From the NCBI RefSeq assembly GCF_002105155.1, contig NW_019028996.1, forward strand, positions 496,001 through 560,000: a DNA stretch of 64,000 nt, written 5' to 3'. Under the pieces are notes generated by a model. The model worked only from the letters and a program-made list of their open reading frames with translations, was not told the origin of the DNA and ran no database searches. Positions 38,806 through 53,223 of the stretch are shown here, piece by piece. The position numbers were made by a program, and so were the translations under genes. The stretch's first letter is position 1. Each line of letters starts with the position of its first letter. Origin of the DNA: Lobosporangium transversale (taxonomy: Eukaryota).

Positions 38806-41800
38806 ATGGCCTCTCCCTCTGCCGACAAACCCACCTGGGGTAAGATATCCTCCCTCTTTTGACATTCAACCAACTCGACACTGCCATCTCATCTATTTCT
38901 TGGAATAATTTATTTCCCCATCTTTAAAGAAGGAGCAAAGCATCCATCCGATGAAGCGTTTTGTTAATGGTCTGACTAAAGTGATGTGATGAGCTATGGA
39001 CTAGCAATATTCTTTTTTAATTTTTAAAGGGACGCACAACAGCATTATGCTTAATTTTGCTGTGCTCTGTTCCATATTGTATTCATCCATCTGTTCTTAT
39101 TCATCCTATTATATTCTGCCAATAGCCTCATGCTTTTGTGTAAGGATGTGGAATGTAATAAAGTACATGGACAACGCGAGTAAAAAGATTTTGTTTCCTA
39201 GAGCATCGGAGAATGCATGTTGTACCTAGATAGGATAGCAAAGCTTCTTACTAAATGCAGTTGATTTACTGCCATCTCAATCACACACACACAAAAAAAG
39301 GAACCAAGCATCTGCAGCCCTGCATCTGTGCATCCAATGGCTGGCTGGTTCCTGGAGTCGCTTTGCTTATTTATTTTTTATTTTTTTTTTTTGGTTTGCT
39401 TTTTTGATCTTTCTTTTAAACTAATTTAATATCCAACCCAATTTCTATACTCGTCTCCATTCGGGTTCTTCATCTCTTCCTAGGCAAAGTACTCCTTGCT
39501 GGTGGTGTCGGTAAGTATCTGTATCGGATTATCGCTTAAAAGTCTTGAATGCATCTGATATACTCCTATAGCAATCTGACAAGCTGGCAAAACATGATTC
39601 TCCTTTTAGATTGGGACATGATTGGTCGTAAGCCTAAAGCCGGCGAAACGCGCGAGATCTTGTAGGCACAATGATGTGTCTTTGCTCTAGCAGTTGGTCA
39701 ATACCCATTTACATCTATTCTCATTATCAAATTGTCTTTTTTTTATTTTTTTTTTATTTTTTTAACTTGTTGTTGAAAACAAAAGACCTCATCTTGAAAC
39801 TTTCCATATTATTCGTGAATTGACAGATTTGAAGTAAGGGTTTTACAAACTTGTACATTTTTTTTTGTGATTATTTGATTATATTCTATGGTCACACATG
39901 TTATTCAGGTCATCAAGTCATTCACAAACCAAGATTCGCTGGCCTTATTTTTACTTTGAAAATATTTTTTGTAGGATTGTCAAAATTGCTACTTGCCCAA
40001 GTGCTGCTCACAGTGTCTTCCTAACAGGTACAGGGGCCTCGTCTTACTTTATACACGTTGTTTCTATACTTTACATTTCTTACCCCTGTTTCTTCGTCTT
40101 TCATATCTGTGTTTTTAGATGACGGTGATGTCTGGGTCCTTGGACGGTAATGATCTTTTTCTGGATTGCAGCCGCTTTTGTTGAATTAACTATAACAATG
40201 CAGCATCAATTTGTAATTAACGTCATTTTGGATTATACTATCGATGCGAAAAAAAACAAAAAAGTAATGAAAAAGGTCAACTCGGTGTTGGTGACACAGA
40301 CCCTCATCCTTTGCCGCTCAAGGTTCCTACCATCTATGCCACACAGGGAAAAAAGACTGTGAATCTCAAATTTGTGGATGCAGCTGTAGGTCGAAACCAC
40401 ACCATTTTAGTTGCAAGTAATGGATCTGTCTATGGTGCAGGCGACAATAAAATGGGTCAACTTGGGAATCCCAACCACAAAGACCACTCATCATTCGTAC
40501 ACGTTGCCAGTCTCAAAGAGAAGGCCTCCAAAGTTTCCTGCGGTACCGAGTTTACAATGATTTTGTCGGAGAAAGGTCAACTCTGGGCATTCGGATCTCC
40601 TGAATACGGTCAGGTAAAGTTTTTTTTTGAGCTAATTGTACTCATATAAAATAGGAAAAAAAAATCCTCCATATGTATTACTGGGAGTCATTATATTCTA
40701 ATGACCTCTTTATTCTTACTATTCTACATCAATGATCAACAATGGGTATCAGCTCGGAAACAAAACCAACGGCCAGTACTTGCAACAGTCTAATCGCCTT
40801 GTCCATATCCCTCAAACCACTCCAGGTAAATATATTTGTGCCAATATATCTTATGGTTGCATCATGCATCATTTAAACTTTCTCGGCTCGTTGAGTTATG
40901 CCACCTTGTCTCACGATCAATATTTCTTGCTTATTGGAACACAATAACGCCAGTGCTGGTTGCTGCTCTTAAGGACAAGATTGTTACGCAAATAGCCTGC
41001 GGCAACAACCACAGTCTTGCACTGACAGACGGCATGGTTTACAGTTGGGGCTTTGGAGGCTATGGTCGTCTTGGGCACTCAAAGCAGGAAGACCTGTGGA
41101 GCCCTGTGGCTATCGAGCATTTTGCAGGCTCCAACAAGATCTCTAGGGCCACTAGGGTTGCTGCTGGAAGCTCCTTCAGCATGGCTTTAGATGGTAGGTT
41201 TTTTTTTATTTTCTCTCCGAAATCCTTATTATTATTATTATTATTATTATTGTTATTATTATTGTTATTATTATTGTTTGTCTTTTGATCGGAATCCTAA
41301 TTCCACGATATTGCATTCATGGACATACATATGCACATAAAATGCGCGATTGCTTTAATATGAAAAGGTCAAAATCAATTTTGGCTTTGGGGCAAGTGGA
41401 AGACTACAGGCGACGGCGGTGGAGGAACACCATGGATGTATCCTCGCACATTGTATGACCTTAATGGGTGGTCGTTCAAGGCTATTGCTGGAGGCAATGT
41501 CACCTTATTCTTACTTCCATCTTCAGAGCCCTGCACAATTGCCTGGGGACAGAATGCTCTTCATAGTGAACTGGGTTATGGTGAGGGTGAGGCTCGCTCC
41601 TCGACCAAGCCTGATAAAGTTCGTCCACTGGAGGGTCTGACCATGCTAGATGTATCTTGTGGTCTGGGCCATACACTTTTGTTGTGCAAACCCGGTCAAG
41701 AAAAACTGCAGGATATGCCCAAGTGGCCTGTGTTAGATGTTGAGGAGCACTGCATTGAGTGCTTGAGTGCGGAGGATGAGGAAAGTATGTTATTGTGCGA

Positions 41801-42041
41801 TAAGTGTGACTCGGGAACACATCTCAAGTGCACTGTGCCAAGACTTCAGGCCGTGCCCGATACCGACTGGTTCTGCCAGAGCTGCACGAGGGCCAGAGAG
41901 ATGAACAGGACCAAATCTCTGGTGGATGATGACACATCCAAGTCTTCAGCCGCTAAACGCAAGGCGCCAGCAACAAAAGGCGCATCCAAGAAGAGCAAAG
42001 CCAACCATGACTCGGATGAGGAGGACGAGGGCGATGAATAG
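38806..42041 (+). CDS. RCC2/TD-60-like RCC1-repeat protein with C-terminal PHD finger (about 9 exons, several under 60 nt)
   Basis: MASPSADKPTW|GKVLLAGGV|DWDMIGRK; RCC1 repeats (RNEKGQLG, GSPEYGQ, WGFGGYGRLGH); PHD CIEC...LLCDKCDSGTHLKC...VPDTDWFCQSC. Confidence 0.9.
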
Positions 42042-42493
42042 TAATTTTACTCCAAAACTCCGGATAGACGCTGTCGTAATGAGACGGATGTTAAGAAAGA
42101 TTTAAAAAACGCAGCTTTTAAAGGCATTAAAACAAGAAACTTTTATTCAGAACTAGAAAAAGACAAACATGTAGTTCCTCATGATAAAAAAAAATATATA
42201 TATCTATCTATGTAATAAATATGAAAAAAGAATTGCATCCATTACTCAAACTTGGTATTGACTATGAAGAATAGTTTCTGAATATTTTGATCCGCAGGTG
42301 AAATGTTGAACATTTTTGTTCGTAAGAAAAACATCAACTTTTTTCTTTTTTCTTTTTTTATACAAATGCATTGATCTCTAGAGACAAAACAACAAAAATA
42401 AATAATAATTATAAAAGAATCTATCATTTTATATATCATTTGAAATCATTTTCCAGTCAGTCCGTGCTTTAACTTATTAATTTTTTTTTTTTT

Positions 42494-42987
42494 TTAATTA
42501 TCAACCATTCTAAACACCAAGGCACACCCATCATCTGAACCAGTGACACAAGTCAAGCCATCATTTGTCATTGCAAAGCATAGGACTGTATCCTGATGAC
42601 CTAGCCAGAGCTTGACATTTTGACCTGTTCTTGCATCCCAAACTTGAACGGAGCGATCTGCGGAACACGAGGTGATCAAGGGTTGGTTCTTATGCCATTG
42701 TAGTTTGATGACAGGTCCCTTATGTTCACACGTGGTGCGAAGCTGCATAGTCTGAACATCCCAAATGTTCAGTCGTCCGTCCAAAGATCCTGTAGCTGCC
42801 AAATTCATGTGATCCGAAAATCCAACTGTTTCTATTGCGTCCGTGTGATTTTCGAATGATCCTAGGATCTTTTTTTTTTTTTTTTTTTTTTATATATTAT
42901 ATTAATAAGGAAAAAAATAAAAAAATAAAAAAATTCGATAAAGGTTAAAACATTGCAATCCGATTTGATTCTGCCATACTACAGGCG

Positions 42988-43018
<31 letters not shown>

Positions 43019-44485
43019 ATTGTTTATAACTTACGGTTCCGCTGTGAAGGTTGATAAGTTTCGCAGTTCCATCTGCAGATCCAGTCATGGCAAGGGAGCT
43101 GTCTTTGCTGATGGCCAAGCAGGTGATGACATCACTATGAAAACGTGCGTCCTCTGAGGTGATACGATGGATCGCTGTGGCAGTCTTGGGATCCCAGACA
43201 ATCAACGAAGCATCCTCTGAGACTGTGACGATCCTCTTGCCATCGGGGGTAAACATGCCGCTGGTGACAGGGCCTGAGTGACCATTGAAAACGTTCATAA
43301 ATGAACCCGAAGGTACAGCCCACATCCAGACCGATGAATCAGTTGCTCCTGCCAGGATGATATTGCCCTTGGGATGCCAGTTAATCCACTATGAAGTGAT
43401 AGAATAAAAGAGGGCGGAGGGAGGGAGGGAAGGGGTTAATATTGATCGGAAAAGGTTATGTTTTCATAATAATAAAGCGCGTTTATCATTCGAGCAGATA
43501 CATACCACAACCTCATCAGGTCCTTCAAGTTCGCAAACAAACTCGCCTGTCTCACTTTTCCAGACACGGACTTTACCATCCATGGATCCACTGGCGACAT
43601 AAGTACCATCGACACTGAAGCCAACCTGTGTGACCGAGTCGGTGTGACCTCCAAACTCGTACAGTTGTTCTCCATCATATAATCTCCACAGATAACTCTT
43701 GTCATCTCCACCACCACTGACAGCAATGTTTTGATGGATAGGATGTAATGCGACATCATATACTGGCTCTGTTGATTTCATAAATATAAAATAGAAGAGA
43801 AGGGTAGCTGGTCAGATAAAGTGTGATGTACATGTACAAATAATATGCCCATAGTCATTGACAAGGCATAGATACTCTTAGGACTCTTACTATTACCATG
43901 CATTGGAAAAACAAAGAGTGCTTACCTTTGTGGGTAAAGAATCCTTGAACAGAGTCATCATGTAGTTCGACCATTTCATCGTCCACAAGGTTACCCTCTT
44001 CATCATATTGTTGGGCACTCTCTGCATTTTCATCCTCGTCCTCATCCATCATATTTCCTATAATAAAATGGTATAAAAAAAAGGGAAAAAAGGCAATGCA
44101 TATTCAGTACAACAATTGATGTTAGTTCAGCACTTTGTTACTCTTAATATTAATGTTTTATTATATTACCTTCACCATCCTCCAGAATTTGGACTTCGTC
44201 AACCTCATCGGGGTCCAAGAATTCCTCATGATCACTGTCATGTTGTGTTGGTTCCTGCTAAAAGAGTGTACAATGTACAATGTGCAATGAACACCGAGAA
44301 GAAAAATAAATAAGTAAATAAATAAATAAATAAATAAAATAAAATAAAATAAAATGAAAAGAGATAAGATTCTGTTTGTTTGTCGTTTGCTTGAATATGT
44401 TTTTTCTTGCAAGTAATGTCATTAATAGTATTGTCTATCACTGATACGATGAAGTGGGGAGAGGGTAACGTACTGCGCTAGACAT
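42494..44485 (-). CDS. SQT1: WD40 ribosome-assembly chaperone Sqt1/AAMP
   Basis: Acidic N-terminus, DDSVQGFFTH, SGGGDDKSYLW, HTDSV, WHPKG, NVFNGHSGPVTSGMFTPDGKRI. Confidence 0.9.
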
Positions 44486-44892
44486 GGGTATGTGTATGTG
44501 TTTATGCGGTATATGGGTTAATGAAATAAGAGGGAAGAGAAAGTGGTGAGGAGTGTGTTTCTATTGCTTTTTTTTTTTTTTTTTTTTATTTGTTTGCACA
44601 AGATTTTCACCGTCACTGGTATTATTAATGCGATGAACCGCAGCTAAATCAATCACATTTCGTGCTCCACAATTTCGACAAAAGCAAAGAAACAGATCGA
44701 AAGACAAAGACTTTTTTTTTTTCCTTCTTTTTCTTCTTCTACTTTTATTATTGCCAATGCACCATATGTACCAGTGATAGCGTAAGGCTGAAAGAAGGCC
44801 GTAAATAAGGATGCTGACCAATATCAACATATTATCACATGTAGTAAAAGGATAAGGATCTTCCTTGTTCTAGCTTCCACTTGATTGGAACC

Positions 44893-45571
44893 TTAGTCCC
44901 ATTCGTCATACCCACCATAGTCATCGTCTTCCTCCACTTGAGTATAGCCAAACTGGGCAGTCCATGATTGTGCCGGAGCATCTTCAACATCAACATCGTC
45001 TTCATCTTCAGCAATTTCCTCTCCTGCCCCAGTCTCGGATGTTGCCTCTGCTTCGCGTTCTGCTCTTGATCTTGACTTTGGTGGTTGAATAATCTCGTCC
45101 TCATCTTCATCCATCACCTCAGAGTTCCCTCGTTGAATCGATGATGGGCCTCCAAGAGTACGCTGTGTTGATTGTTCGCGCGACGCTGTCCTGCTGCTTG
45201 TAGGTGTCACCGAAAACTTGTTGACAGATCCACCTTTGCTCTTGATCATTCGACTGACTGACGACAAGCGTCCAGGACGAGCAGATCCTTCGCGACTAGG
45301 CGGGACAGATGATTGACGTGATCGAGAGGTTGGTGTCTTGACAAAGCCTGGTTCTTCAAAGACTGACTTGACTGGCACAGGCGATCCAAAGTCGATTTGC
45401 ACGGGTTTGGTATCGAACAGATCATCCATAGTTTCTAATGCTGAATAGTTGATCTTTTTTGATTTCACACGAGGTAGTTTTGGCTGAAGGATGTTCTTAC
45501 CAGCTTCTGCTGCCGATGACGGTGGGCCTAAATTATTACGCTTAGTTTTCTTACGCTAGATACCATTCCAT

Positions 45572-45616
<45 letters not shown>

Positions 45617-47770
45617 AAAAAAAAGAAGAGTAGGGATTAGATTGCGAAATGAATCTAGACAATTAATAAAAAGATGATTTCAAGCCCACTTTTTCACTTA
45701 CTCCCTTTTTGTTGTGGTAGATGCCCATCTTCTTCTCTATTTCAATACGTGAGCGTTTGGCCTCCTGTTCTTGAAGATATTCTTTATTAAACTCCATCCA
45801 AACCTGTGTTTTGATCTTGACTTCCTCCTCGTTCAAAATAATGCTCTCAATCTCTTCATCATCCACATCATCCAGTTCCTCAAACGGGATTAATTTACGT
45901 GCCTCGTCCTCAGCTTGAAACGTTTTTCCAAAAAAAAAATAAAAATAAAAATAAAAAAAATAAATAAATAATAAATAGCCATCGTTAGTAAATATGCTTT
46001 AGATATAGAGAAATATATCGACATGGAAAAGGAGGATAACAATATGTTACGGTACCATCTAAACGTGCCTCCTCCTCACGGATTAGCGGATTCTTCATTG
46101 CAGCACTTAGTTCTTCCTCAACTTCTTCTTCAAGTACTTCATCCTCCTCTTCATCTTCGGCTTGTTCGTCTATCTCTTCTTCTCCCTCCTCTGCTTCTCC
46201 TTCTTCATCCCCATTCTGGTCCTCAGTTTCGATTCCCTCTCCTTCCTCATCTCTGCTTCGCATTCTTTTCTTATTAACGCGATTGCTATCGGTTACTACA
46301 TTATGGTCCGGATTATTATGACCGACTGTTGTTTCTGTTTCAATATGTCCAGGCTCTGTCTTATCATCGTCTTCTCTGACCTGTTGCAGGTCGACTTTTC
46401 GAGCCCTCTCGCCTCGTCGCACTATCTCCTGGTTCACCTCATCCTGTTCCTCCTCATCATCTCCAAATTCCCAATGAAGTCGCTTCCTTGATTTTGTGAA
46501 TGAAGGAGGGTCGGCTGCATCTTCCAGCCATAGTTCCCTGAAATCTGAAACTGTAAGTTGACCTGAAGGTGTTGCTGCAAACTCATCCAACCTAGTAAGA
46601 TAAAAAAAAAAAAAAAAAAAAAAAAAAAAGATTACTATCAGTAGAACAATAATAATAATAATAAATAAATAAATTAAAATAGAAATAATAACAACAATAG
46701 CCTTCAACTCTTACCGTTTTCTCAATGTGCTTTCTCCAATTTTGACGACTTGAATGATCTCCTTCTCTGATCGTCTGTAGTGGTGCATGCGAGCAGCGAT
46801 CAAAAGACAGGCGCCACAGATACCAGCTGGGCGACGACCTGATCGAATCCAATCCCGATCCATACGTGAGACTAGGCGAAGTGCATCGTTTGCGATCCGT
46901 TGAGTATCTTCACCAAAGTCCAGCATTGTTGCAAAGCGTGAAATATAGAGTGAGGGGTCGACTAGTGGTAAGACAATATGCAGCTGCTTTGTGAGATGAA
47001 GAAATGTAACACCCAGCTTGAAAACATTTAACTGTCGGGCAAGTAAAAAAAAAAAAAAAAAAAAAAAGAATTGGGCATACAAATATGATTAATTTGATAA
47101 TATCATGTAGACTCCAAATTATAAGCGGTTCAAATTAAATCTTTACCTGGAGTAGTTCTGAAAAGTCAATAAGCATATGGGTTGTTCGTTCTATCCTGCA
47201 GACAATGTAAAGACAACAAGCAACAACATGCTCACTCCTGCGTCCTTGAATAAAGTTATTAGTGATGGCGAGGTTGAAATAACGTTGTGCGGATTCTGCA
47301 TGGTGTTCGTTCAGTTTGAGTGCAACTGCCATGGCTGTGATACGTCTTCTAGCTGCATCCAATGTCTTTTCTCTTGACTCCTGACTGGTTTGTCTTCTTC
47401 CTGGCCCGAGTGTTCTTGCTCCAGCTATACAAATGTATTATATACAGTTTTTTTATATTTGTTTTTGTTGTTATCATTTGCAAGTTCACAACGGAGAGAA
47501 ATGGAGACATATCGAGAATCAAGAATAAAGTTGACAATAGTATTTTTCTTTTTTTTTTTTTCTATTTCTTTCCTTACCTTTGCCTTCTCCGACAAATGTT
47601 CCTACAACGGATGCTGCTCCACCACTGCCTTCATTAAATGAGATCTCTGCAATAATAGTGTTTTCTTCCAAGACCTAATGCATACGTATTATTATTATTT
47701 TTTTTCATTTTTTTTTTAGTTAGTTCAGTCTTGATCCGTTAATTGTAGCTTTTTAAATATAGAGAAAAAG

Positions 47771-47801
<31 letters not shown>

Positions 47802-47899
47802 TCTGGATAAGGACTTACAGCACCACAGTTTGTGCACGTGGCATTTCCCTGACCAGCATCATATTCGATGTTATTTCCACCACAATGGGGACAAGCCAT
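44893..47899 (-). CDS. BRF1: TFIIIB subunit Brf1
   Basis: Zn ribbon CPHCG...CTNCG; cyclin repeats GRRSEHVVACCLY and WIRSGRRPAGICGACLLIAARMH; DPPSF; LDDVDDEEI; SKKINY. Confidence 0.96.
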
Positions 47900-48510
47900 G
47901 GTTGATATGATAATATGGATATTATGAAGTGATAAATGTTTCTAATAAACCTTCGATCAACAGAGGTCTTTCTTTTAAGAACTTGGGTTTGTTCAAAGAG
48001 TGAGGATAAAGTAATATGCGAAATAAAGAAATAGATATGCAACAGAGTGAAAGTGTGGTAAAGGTGTGTATGTGTCTATATAAATGAAAGGGTGCGTTAG
48101 ATTACAAGTACAATGAATGATGAAATTAGGTGAAGTAAGTTGGTTCAAAGTAAGAAGAATGATCTTTTTCTCTTTCTCTCTCTCTCTCTCTCTCTTTTTT
48201 TCTCTCTCTCTTTCTCCTCTTGTTCTAGTTCTGCCTCAACCGAGTTTTTGAAGTCGATCGTTGTCCCCTGAAAGAATGAGAAAAATGTTTTGTTTGGTTC
48301 GAAACTCTGGTGGCGCAGATAAAATGGAAGAGAGTCGAGTCGCTTTTGCTACAAAATAACCAATTGCTATTGCTTGCTATGCTTGCTTTAGTTTTCTTCT
48401 TCAATTTTTTTTTTATCTTTTTGTCTTTATTGTTATTTTACTTTTTGACAACCGGATCTATATTCCGGATACTTATACAAACAAAGAAGCAGCATAATAA
48501 TATTGCTTAG

Positions 48511-48543
<33 letters not shown>

Positions 48544-48763
48544 CGTATGTGAACAACAATGCAAACAGAATCGCTTGTTAATAGAAAAGAAGAGAAAAGA
48601 ACGAAAAAAGTAGAATGAAGAAGGGTATGATGGGTATGCATAAAAAAATACAACAACAAGAACAAAAGATACAGGGAAATGATACAAGGGCAATAATAAA
48701 AACAACGATAACAAATGAACAAATTCATGATCAAAATACAAATAAAATAAAATAAAAAAGCAA

Positions 48764-51700
48764 TTAAGATGCTCGCCATTGACGATGATCCGTTAGCGGT
48801 GTAACCATGACACGGATCATACCATCATCCTCTCGACGGCCTTGAACGTTGCCACTCAACTTGATCACACTCGTCTTCTTCTTCATGACACGCTTGGACC
48901 GAGGATTAACTCGTCCACTGTTAATGGGTATACCTCCACTCTCTGTCAAATCAAACGTAATTGCGTTCTTGGAGACCGGAATCCTAGGATACTGACCCAG
49001 TGAAGACATCGGTCGTTGGTGCTCCATTCGGTTGTTTGACACCTGAAGTCCACCATATTTATTGGCGTTGCTGTTGTGGTTCCAGCTATGTTGGATGCTG
49101 TTGGGTGGACTGTGTTGAGGACTTTCGTAACTATAATTCTCTATTCCCCGTGCGCGTGGCTCGTCCATATTAGAATTCGATGCCACCAATGCTGACAGCG
49201 CACTTTTAGTGCTCACAGGTGCATAGTTGTCGTAGATATTGCTGCCATAGTGATCTGCATTGCTCCGGTTGCCCGATACATACTGTTGTTGATGCTGTTG
49301 GAGCCGGAGCGATTTGGCGTTCTGGAATTGAAAGCTTTTCTTTTTCTTCAAAGTTCGTTCTTCCTGTCCTTTCTGCTGCTCACGTTCAGCTGTTCTCAAA
49401 AGTGATTCAAAATCCATCGTTTTGAGGTCTGATGGTGTGGAGGGAGAAAAGTCTACAGTCGCATCAAACTCTCTTGGTTGAGAACCCGAGGGTATAGGGT
49501 AACCATTAAGGGTTTGGGCATAGTACGCAGAATTCGCTGTCATGGTAGAGGCTGTGCTGAAATTCTTCAGATGATGAGGGATGAGAGTGTCTGCTGAAGT
49601 GTGCTGGCGATGATGACTATATTGAGCAGAGGATTGCTGCCGGTGGTGCCGGGGCACGTCCGGTGATTGTGGTGCAGAGGATGACACATCTGACTGTGGT
49701 GTGCGTAAGGATGAAAGCCCGCCTGTACGAGTGCTTGGGAGACCTTTTGTGTTCAAGGCAGGTACAGATAAACGAGGCTGCTGTGATGAGGGCCTCGGCT
49801 TCCACGAGACGACCTCTTCCATTGAAAGGACATGGCTAGATTGACGAGGAGGTGAAGATGCTGTGGAACTGGTAGCAGAGGCCCCAACTGCTCCAGGAGA
49901 GGTACTAAGGAAATTACGGCCTGCTTTTCGAGTCAGAACAGGCGATCCATTCCTAGATGCCCTTGGACTTTCTCTGCCGTTGCTGAAACTGCTGCCGACA
50001 CGACCACTGCCATTGCTTCGATTCATATCCCTCGTACGGGCAGAGAGAGACAGAAGCTCAGGAACAGTGTCTGAATCTGCATCTCCCATCGACATCTTCC
50101 TTCGAGACAAACTGTCTGTGGAGCTAGACTCACGAACCTCTCCTTTGTCCTTGGATTCGTGGGCTTTAGAAGCTGGCGGTGTCCTGGGACGAACAAAGAT
50201 CTCCTCCATAGACATATCAGCATCGCCGGTGTAGCCGCTCATCGCATCCTCCGAGTCAAAGCCCTTGAATTCATGATCAGTATCCATATTGTTCACTGAA
50301 GATGTCGTTAGACGAGGCTGTCGCTTAAAGTTGAACAACCCAGGGACCGCCGAGTTGTTTACGACGGCTTGTGCATGATGAATATCCGCTAGTTCAAGTG
50401 TGAAGCTTGTGAAAGTATGGGTCACATGTGCAGATGCAGCATCATCATCTAAAAAGTGTGGAGGACGCAATGTCTTGGAGGGGTCCATGAAGATCGACCG
50501 GACAGTGCTGCTTCTTCGGCGTCGACGCATGGCCATCTCAAGTGTTTCACGACGTGATCCAGGACTTGTGACGGTGGCTGAAGAGGGCTTGGGAAGTGTA
50601 GTGGCTAGTAGGCCTGGATGAGTAGAGGTGTCCAAAGAGCGTGATCGGGTTGAGTTGACGCTTTCAGATCGTTTAAGACGGGTAGCTTGGTCTCCAGAGT
50701 AGACACCACTATCCCTTTGGTGGGTCAACTCAGGGGGGGACAGTGTATCTATTTGATTCTCTGCGTTCTTTTGGCCTGGCGTCGTCTCGTTTTGGTTCTT
50801 GTTTGAAGCTTGGTTGCTCCGACCGATATGAAGAGATCTCATGATGTTTCTACGCCAGTCTGAAGGCTCCCCAGAATTCGATTTGGCCATTTTATTCGGC
50901 TCCTCTTGTTGTCGCCTCTGTTCAATCGAATCCTGATCTTTGGGTCGTTTCTTAGTGTTTCTTTGCGGAATTATAAATCCACCTGAAGGGCTAGTCTGGA
51001 TATTTGCGTTGCTATTACCACTACTGCTGACATTCTCTTTTATTCCGCTCTTGACCTTGTGAGGGAGCAAAAATCGCTTCAAGGGTCGCCTGTTTGAGCC
51101 GTCTTGTACCCTGGCACCACCATCAGCAGCAGCAGCAGCGGCGGCGGCCCTGGCTCTCAATTTCTTCTGCTTCTTGAGAGGGAGCTCTGCGAACTGAGTG
51201 TAATCATCATAGTCGCTAGGCATAATGATATCAATGGATTCGTCATCAGAGCTTGGTTCCTCTTCATTATGAAACTGAGGAGCTGAACAAAGCTGAGGCG
51301 AGATCATGACGGTGTCAAAATCGGGATGTGTATCCTTGGGACAAGGGGTTTTTTCCTCTACCAAAGAGTTGGGTCGGCTGTTAGCATTCCATGGTTGCAG
51401 CTTTGAAGAGGTACTAGATTCAGGACGAACGCGAGGAAAAGTCCAAAAGGGTCTGGCGAGTTTAATCATTTGGCCACTTTGCTGAGAGTCTGGTGTAGTT
51501 GGAGTAGAGGGGGACTGAGGTTGTTCAGTTGGGGTATCAGGAGGAGAGTTGGGAGGAAAGTTGGAAGTGGAGGAAGCAGGGGCTGCTGCTTGGGCTTGTG
51601 CCTTTTCTCGGAGGTTGGAAGAAGATTTTATAGAAGCAAGAGTGGTGTTGACTCGGTTTTTGAATTTAACTCGCAATGAAGAGGATGATGGTCGGTTGTG

Positions 51701-53223
51701 AAGAAGACTAGGACGACGGGGTGCTTCAGAGTCCTTCATGTCAATGTCATACAGTTGCTCCTTGTTTTCCCCAGGGGTTGTTGGTGTTGATTCGATGTGA
51801 GACATCGAAACGGACGTAATATCAGAATGACCTAGGTGAGCGCTCGAGCCCTGCTCAGGCGAGCTCAGTGGAACCCCATGGCTGAGCTTCGTGGGAGGAA
51901 GGACAAACGACGAGGAATTTGAGGCGGAAGTCGCGTTGTTTGTGCTGATGCTATTATTACTTGTCACAGACGATGCTCCTGTTGTCCCAGCGTCAGTGGC
52001 ATTGGCTCTGTGTGGGATACGGACATTATTCAAAATGTAAATATTTACAAATAAAAGGGTGAAGGTGACACAAGCATCGAAACGGGAAGCAGAATGGAAA
52101 CAAAACGAGGTCAGTATGATACTCGGGTAACAGGGGTAATAATAAAAACAAAATAAAAAATAGCCTAGCCTTTATGATATCAAAAGAATTATTTGAAAAC
52201 AGCCCATTATCTCATATCAAAGCATGGAAGGACACAACTCGTTTGTTTAGAATGTTCCCAATGGATGACTAAACACGCAGAGGACAAAATCATAAAGTCC
52301 AAAATAACAAAAAAGTCGCAAAAAAAAAATTTTTTTTTTTCTTTTTTTCTCGAGAGCATTTAGCGGCTTCGGGTCATATGGTGCATGGGAAAGGGTACCG
52401 TCAGGGACAAGAGAAGGGAAAAATGTATAAATATATATCTGCATAATTGGCCCATCATTACATACCTCTTTTGAGACAAATGCTTGTCCTTGAACTTGCC
52501 AAATGCCCTTAGGAACTTGGATCTTGTGGTGAATGCGTCTGCCGCATGTGCTGACTCTTTAGCCTGGCTATCGTTCTTATTGGTTGCAACAGGTGCAGAT
52601 GTGGAGGAGGAAGGGGCTTCAGGAAATGACGGGGACGAGGGTCTTGAAGTGGTCGATGCTACAGCCTGAGTCTTTGTATTGCTGCCCTTCGTTTGCTGGC
52701 CAATGGTCCATGAGGTTGTTGAGTTATTATAGAGATTTGAAGGCATACGTCGTAGCGTTTTGAAGGTGAGGGGTGGTTTGCGAGGCTCTGATATTTGTTC
52801 ACGAGGAATGGGTGATGATGAGGATGAGGTAAGGGTGGATGTAGTGTTTACTGGCTCTGGTTGATTATCTGTGGGGCTAGCTGCAGGAGTTGTCCCCATA
52901 GCAGCAATTCCTCTCTGAGATGCTCCACTAGTGCCAGCCTTGCCTTTTCCTTTGTTGTGAACACGCGTCTCGTTTTTAACTGGGATGTTCCAATGCCCAA
53001 AGATCGTACTCGAGGTTGATGTCAAGATATTCTTTGATCGCCGTTGATGATGTGGACGTGTTGATCTAAGAAGTTTAGAAGGCGCTGCTAGACGAGAGGC
53101 TCGTGTCTTATTGTTCTGTAGCCAGCTCAAAGGATAGGTGGGCTCAAGGAGATTTGAAGATCCAGGGAACGTATAGAGCGAATCTGAGTCTGCGGATAAA
53201 AAGTTTGAAGGCTGAGGAAACAT
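48764..53223 (-). CDS. Large Ser-rich intrinsically disordered hypothetical protein (2 exons; intron 52465-52008)
   Basis: 1089-codon ORF joins in phase to the upstream ORF via GTATGT...CACAG; no domain recognised. Confidence 0.75.

Noticed and set aside
38940..39000. Box C/D snoRNA in the RCC2-like intron 1
   Set aside because: GTGATGA has no suitably spaced downstream CTGA or terminal stem
9841..47899. Pol III gene cluster (RPC1, tRNA, BRF1)
   Set aside because: About 30 kb apart with unrelated genes between; no evidence beyond coincidence without synteny data
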